Source of the DNA: Candidatus Methylomirabilia bacterium
Lineage (GTDB): Bacteria > Methylomirabilota > Methylomirabilia > Rokubacteriales > CSP1-6
Assembly (NCBI GenBank): GCA_041492755.1
Contig: JBGPXN010000147.1
Coordinates: 1 to 11,588 of the forward strand
Direction of reading: 5' to 3'
DNA: 11,588 nucleotides
The translations under genes were made by a program, and so were the position numbers. Shown in pieces: positions 7,573-11,588 of this stretch. Positions within the stretch are counted from its first letter, which is position 1. Every line of letters starts with the position of its first letter. A model generated the notes under the pieces. That model saw nothing but the letters and a program-made list of their open reading frames with translations, did no database searches and was not told where the DNA came from.

Positions 7573-8446
7573 CGACGTCGGCCTTTCGCGCGTCGATGGC
7601 GGCCTTGATCTCGTCCAGCGCGCCCAGCGCGCGCTCGCGCTCCGGCGCGCCCAGCGCGCGACGGCTGAATCGCGCGAGCTCGAAGAGACCGGTCAGTGTC
7701 GGCACGGCCCCGTGCGTGAGGGGCAGGCGCTCGAGCACCTCGCGCATGAATTCCATCGGGGTGAGCCAGGGCTTTCGTGCGAAGCCGGACTCGGCGGCCG
7801 CGCGCTCGAACCTCGCGTAGCAGCGGATGATGGCGCGGCGGGGATCGGCCTCGGCGCGGAGATCGTCGAGGCTCTCCTCGACGGCGGCCTCCAGTGGGGG
7901 GGGCAGCGGCTCGTCGCCGACGGGGTCTCCCCACCACTCCGTCAGTCGCTCGCCGAAGACCACGGAGAGCGCGAGCGCCAGCGCCGCCAGTCCCGCGACG
8001 ACCCCGAGGATACCGAACGTCCAGTTGACGAGGGGCGGAGCGCCGCCGGGCACGTCCTGGGGAAGGGTGGCGATCGCGGAGCCGATCCCCCGGCCGATGT
8101 CGACCAACGGGATCGCACCGCGCCACAACAAGTAGGCGACGACCAGCAGGTTCACGAGGGCCAGGATCTGCTTGACCGTCCGAAGCCATGGCGGGGCCGT
8201 CGCCTCGGGATCGCGCTCGGGCTCCCCTCTGCGGGGCAGCCGCCGCATCCGGCGCGCCAGATCCACGAGGACGATCACGCCAGCGAGCGTGAAGAGGGCG
8301 AGGATCGCGTGCGACACCAGCGCGGGCAGGCGGATGGAGCCCGTGAGGTCGTCGGGGCCGCTCGGAGGGCCCGCCATGCGGAGCAGGGCGGCGAGGCCGA
8401 TCACGAGACTCACGGCAAGGAGAGCCCAGGTGCGTGCCGGGGTCAC
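7562..8446 (-). CDS. DUF4129 domain membrane protein (~294 aa; start uncertain)
   Basis: Four TM segments followed by DPRRAIIRCYARFERAA..G..RKPWLTPMEF...LTGLFELARFS, typical of DUF4129. GTG 8446 is preferred because the longer ORF overlaps the divergent gene. Confidence 0.85.
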   Translation of the reverse strand: MTPARTWALLAVSLVIGLAALLRMAGPPSGPDDLTGSIRLPALVSHAILALFTLAGVIVLVDLARRMRRLPRRGEPERDPEATAPPWLRTVKQILALVNLLVVAYLLWRGAIPLVDIGRGIGSAIATLPQDVPGGAPPLVNWTFGILGVVAGLAALALALSVVFGERLTEWWGDPVGDEPLPPPLEAAVEESLDDLRAEADPRRAIIRCYARFERAAAESGFARKPWLTPMEFMREVLERLPLTHGAVPTLTGLFELARFSRRALGAPERERALGALDEIKAAIDARKADVVAS

Positions 8447-8453
8447 GGACGAC

Positions 8454-8538
8454 ACGATGACGCGCTCGAAGACCGAGCGCAAGGGTTCAACGGCGTGCCG
8501 GGCCGTCCTTGACGGCGGCCCCGCGGCTGGAGCAGGAT
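8454..8538. promoter_or_regulatory. Candidate divergent promoter region with a palindromic operator-like site
   Basis: Minus strand: TTGCGC (8482-8477)-17-CATCGT (8459-8454), then 7 nt to GTG 8446. Plus strand: TTGACG (8509-8514)-18-CAGGAT (8533-8538). Perfect inverted repeat GCGCTCG-n5-CGAGCGC at 8462-8480. Confidence 0.35.
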
Positions 8539-8553
8539 GGCCCGACCAACGCC

Positions 8554-9732
8554 ATGACGATCGACACGGCGCCCGCCGCCAGCCCGCTCGACGTGGCCCG
8601 GGCGCTTGCGCCACGCATTCGCGAACGGGCGGACGAGATCGAGGCCACGCGGCAGCTGCCGCGCGATCTCGTCATGGAAATCGCCACGGCCCGGCTGTTC
8701 AAAATCGGGGTGTCGGAGGCCGAGGGCGGTCTGGGCGCCGACATCCTCACGACACTCCGCGTGATCGAGGAGGTCGCGCGCGCCGACGGCTCGACGGGCT
8801 GGTGCCTGGCGATGGGGATCAACACGTTTCGCCAGAGCGCCCAGTTCGAGACCAGCGTCCGCCGCAAGATCTTCCACAGCGACCCGGTGGGCGTCTCGGC
8901 CGGCTCGGCGAACCCGCGCGGCCGGGCCGTCGCCGCGCCCGGCGGCTACCGCGTCACCGGCCACTGGTTCTTTGCCAGTGGCTGCATGCACTCCTCGGCG
9001 CTCCACGGCGCCTGCAAGGTGTTCGACGACGACGCGCCCCGGCGGCGACCCAATGGCGACCAGGAGGTACGGATCGCGTACTTCGTTCCGAAATCGGGCG
9101 CGCGCATCATCGACACCTGGAACGTGAGCGGCATGCGCGGCACCGGCAGCCACGACGTCGAAGTCCAGGATCTCTTCGTGCCCGAGGAGCATACGTTCTC
9201 CGCGCTGGATCTCCGCGCGCGCGTCACCGGACCGATGAACCGCATGCACGGCTTCGATCTCGCCGGCTGCGGCTTCTGCTGCGTCGGCCTCGGCGTCGCG
9301 CGCGCCGCCATCGACGAGTTCGTCGAGCTGGCCCAGATCAAGGTCCCGCGCTCGTCCTCCGAGCTGCTGCGCGACAAGGGGATCGTGCAGGCCAGGATCG
9401 GCGAAGCGGAGGCGCTGCTGCGCTCCGGCCGGGCGCTGCTGTTCGACGTGGTCGGGGAAATGTGGCGGACCGCGCTCGCCGCCCAGCCCATCACGGAGCG
9501 CCAGCGCGCGGACTTGCGGCTGGCCATGACGCACGCCGCCCAGAGCGCGGCCAAGGCCACCCACATGGTGTGCGCGACGGCCGGCACCACGTCGATCTTC
9601 ACCAGCAGTCCGCTGGAGCGCTACGCGCGCGACGCCGAGGTCGTCACCCGCCACAACCAGCTGCAGTTCGTGAACTACGAGGCGGTGGGACGCACGATTC
9701 TCGGTCTGGAGTCCAACAGTCCGCTCTTTTAG
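8554..9732 (+). CDS. Acyl-CoA dehydrogenase-fold flavin-dependent monooxygenase, oxygenase component (group D; HsaA/IacA/C2-like; 392 aa)
   Basis: Motifs ADGSTGW, GGYRVTGHWFFASGCMHS, DTWNVSGMRGTGSHD, AGTTSIF and PLERYARDAEVVTRH. ATG 8554 is preferred over TTG 8509. Confidence 0.88.
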   Translation: MTIDTAPAASPLDVARALAPRIRERADEIEATRQLPRDLVMEIATARLFKIGVSEAEGGLGADILTTLRVIEEVARADGSTGWCLAMGINTFRQSAQFETSVRRKIFHSDPVGVSAGSANPRGRAVAAPGGYRVTGHWFFASGCMHSSALHGACKVFDDDAPRRRPNGDQEVRIAYFVPKSGARIIDTWNVSGMRGTGSHDVEVQDLFVPEEHTFSALDLRARVTGPMNRMHGFDLAGCGFCCVGLGVARAAIDEFVELAQIKVPRSSSELLRDKGIVQARIGEAEALLRSGRALLFDVVGEMWRTALAAQPITERQRADLRLAMTHAAQSAAKATHMVCATAGTTSIFTSSPLERYARDAEVVTRHNQLQFVNYEAVGRTILGLESNSPLF

Positions 9733-9750
9733 GCTCGAAGGAGGCACGCG

Positions 9751-11301
9751 ATGTCATTGACTACGGACGAGATCCGCCAGGACACATTCTTCGATCGGTT
9801 GACCGAGGCCATCCTGGAGCGCGATCAGCCGCGCACGGCCGATCTCTTCTTCCAGATGATCGCGCGCGACGGACGCTCGGTGGGCGACGCGCTGAGCGTG
9901 GTGACGGCGGCCGAGGCGCCCTTCGTGCAGGTGCCGAACCACATCAACGTGCGGGACGGCCAGATCACCCTCGTCAACAACGACCACACCATCCTCGGCC
10001 TTCGCACGGCCGCGAGCCTGGCGCCGTTCTTGCCGGAGGAGTATCGCCTGCTGCCCCTCCTGCAGGGGGTCTGGTACATCCCGGCCGGTCTCGACATCTG
10101 GAACCAGTTGCTCGGAAAGTATCCCGGCCGCTACGCCACCATGAAGGGCATGAACGTGCCGCCCCCGAGCTATGGTCCGGTCGTCTGGAATCAGGAACAG
10201 CCGCCGATCAGGGAGAACGGGACCGTCCAGGAGCGGCTGCACGCGCACATGGTGGCCACCATGAGCGGCGACGTGCGACGATCCTACGGACTCTTCCTCG
10301 GTCTGGCCGCCGACGAGCAGGTCCGCCCGCTCCTCCGCGATCAACTGCTCTTCCTGGGCCTCATCGACCTGCAGGACACGATCATCGGCCGGAAGGCCCG
10401 CAACACGGGTCACAAGGCGCTACGGGCTCGGGCCATCACCGACCTGGCCGACGTGATCGGCGCGGACCGGGCCCACGGCGTTTACTACGTCGGCGTACCG
10501 GATCTGGCCGTCGGCCCGCTGTACTACTCGGTCTACGACGCCGCCTGCGTGACGGTGACCAACGAGTTCCCCGAGGCCGGCAAGCACCTCAAACAGACGA
10601 ATACGGCGCCGCTGACCCCAGCCGAGGTCGAGGAGATGGTCCAGCTGCTCGTGCACGCCGACGGGCAGACGATCTGGAACCTCATCACCACCCACCTGAA
10701 GAACGGCACGTCGATCAGGAGCCTGGGGGACACCATCCAGATCGGCGCGGCCGAGCTCATTCTCCGCACCACGGTGCCGCGGCAGTTCACCGACGGCCAG
10801 CACGCCTTCGATTACTGCAACGTCGCGAACTACTGGATGCGGGCGAGCGAGAATCCCTACCAGCCGCGCGTGCTCTACCTGATGGCCAACTTCGTCAATG
10901 ACGTGGCCCGCTCCAACAAGCTGTTCACGTCGGTGGTCGAGCGTGACTGTGCCGGCTTCGACGGTACGGCTCGGACACCGCACGCGCTGCTGCAGGAGCT
11001 GGACGAGGCCATTCTGGCCTTCGACGTACCGCGCACCACCGCTCTGGCCAACGCGTATCTCGAGTCCGGCGCGGATCGCCACGCCTACCAGACCACGGTC
11101 GCGGTGACGGCTTGCAAGTTCCAGGACGACCCGCACAACCAGAAGATCACCCATTCCACCTTCGAGGAGTACGGCCACAACTCGACCCACCTCCGGGATC
11201 GCCTGCTCCTGGCCCCGGTGCGGCTCCTCGCGGGCTGGCCGAAGATGCCGGGCGAGCGCGATTGCTACGCGCGCTTCATGAAGGAATGGATCAACAACTA
11301 G
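9751..11301 (+). CDS. Hypothetical 516-aa four-repeat helical protein; putative 4-His/HxxK metalloenzyme (questin oxidase/DUF4243-like)
   Basis: Strong RBS AAGGAGG at 9738-9744, 18 bp after the monooxygenase stop, and protein-like composition. Internal repeat LTEAILERDQPRTADL vs LDEAILAFDVPRTTAL. His79, His221, His351, His462 and Lys465. The CDS is secure but the function is inferred. Confidence 0.85.
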   Translation: MSLTTDEIRQDTFFDRLTEAILERDQPRTADLFFQMIARDGRSVGDALSVVTAAEAPFVQVPNHINVRDGQITLVNNDHTILGLRTAASLAPFLPEEYRLLPLLQGVWYIPAGLDIWNQLLGKYPGRYATMKGMNVPPPSYGPVVWNQEQPPIRENGTVQERLHAHMVATMSGDVRRSYGLFLGLAADEQVRPLLRDQLLFLGLIDLQDTIIGRKARNTGHKALRARAITDLADVIGADRAHGVYYVGVPDLAVGPLYYSVYDAACVTVTNEFPEAGKHLKQTNTAPLTPAEVEEMVQLLVHADGQTIWNLITTHLKNGTSIRSLGDTIQIGAAELILRTTVPRQFTDGQHAFDYCNVANYWMRASENPYQPRVLYLMANFVNDVARSNKLFTSVVERDCAGFDGTARTPHALLQELDEAILAFDVPRTTALANAYLESGADRHAYQTTVAVTACKFQDDPHNQKITHSTFEEYGHNSTHLRDRLLLAPVRLLAGWPKMPGERDCYARFMKEWINN

Positions 11302-11538
11302 CCTGGACTATTCGTGAACGCGCGCCGCGTTCGCCGACCGGGGGGCACGGCCGGAGCTGGGGGGACGGGGTCCTCTGACCACAGCCGACGGCGTACCGAT
11401 CACCGGCGAGCCTTTCCCATTCCCTACGGCGATGTCGTCGTCTCGCGTGGCGGGAAATGGGTCACCCGGACCCCATCCCCCCCGCTCCGGCCGCGCCCCC
11501 CGGTCGATCGCGGTGTGCGCGTTCGCGAATAATCCAGA
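11302..11538. mobile_element. 237-bp MITE-like non-autonomous element with long imperfect terminal inverted repeats and CTAG flanks
   Basis: 11302-11323 vs the reverse complement of 11517-11538 is 19/22. 11335-11373 vs the reverse complement of 11468-11506 is 36/39. CTAG occurs at 11298-11301 and 11539-11542. A related copy lies at 1863-1928. Confidence 0.85.
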
Positions 11539-11553
11539 CTAGGCACGTCCGGT

Positions 11554-11588
11554 ATGTCGTATCGCGTGCTGACGGACAAAGACGTTCC
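11554..11588 (+). CDS. Possible 5' end of the next gene (MSYRVLTDKDV...)
   Basis: ATG 11 nt after the right CTAG, frame open to the window end. The peptide loosely recalls ornithine cyclodeaminase-family N-termini but is too short to assign. Confidence 0.3.
   Translation, partial: MSYRVLTDKDV

Noticed and set aside
7896..7903. G8 tract as a phase-variation site in the DUF4129 gene
   Set aside because: It is in frame, encodes a Pro run, and is unremarkable at high GC.
8172..10901. 909-aa plus-strand ORF
   Set aside because: Arg/Gly/Pro-rich off-frame shadow of the monooxygenase and 516-aa genes, expected at this GC content, with no recognisable motifs.
8443..11190. Long minus-strand ORFs (8443-9747, 9754-10413, 10420-11190)
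   Set aside because: Antisense shadows of the two plus-strand genes.
11314..11532. 72-aa ORF inside the MITE-like element
   Set aside because: Low-complexity translation of the inverted arms with no transposase features.

Overview
High-GC bacterial window. The TonB protein implies a diderm, and the gene content suggests a Rokubacteria/Methylomirabilota-like soil organism (inference only). Minus strand, right to left: a translationally coupled five-gene MoxR operon (DUF4129-like membrane protein, small membrane protein, MoxR AAA+ ATPase, DUF58 protein, integral membrane protein), an LLM-class oxidoreductase, a GAF-PAS-HisKA protein with no ATPase domain, TonB, a 121-aa coiled-coil protein, a TlpA-like thioredoxin fragment truncated at both ends, and the start of a second copy of the coiled-coil gene. 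Plus strand: an acyl-CoA-dehydrogenase-fold flavin monooxygenase followed by a 516-aa four-repeat helical protein. Main observations: (1) the 516-aa protein has four spaced His and a terminal HxxK, suggesting a questin-oxidase/BTG13-like non-heme iron enzyme paired with the hydroxylase; (2) a 237-bp MITE-like element with ~72-bp inverted arms flanked by CTAG, plus a deleted second copy, both sitting exactly at C-TAG stop codons; (3) a ~95%-identical duplicated leader-plus-coiled-coil-gene segment bracketing the broken TlpA.
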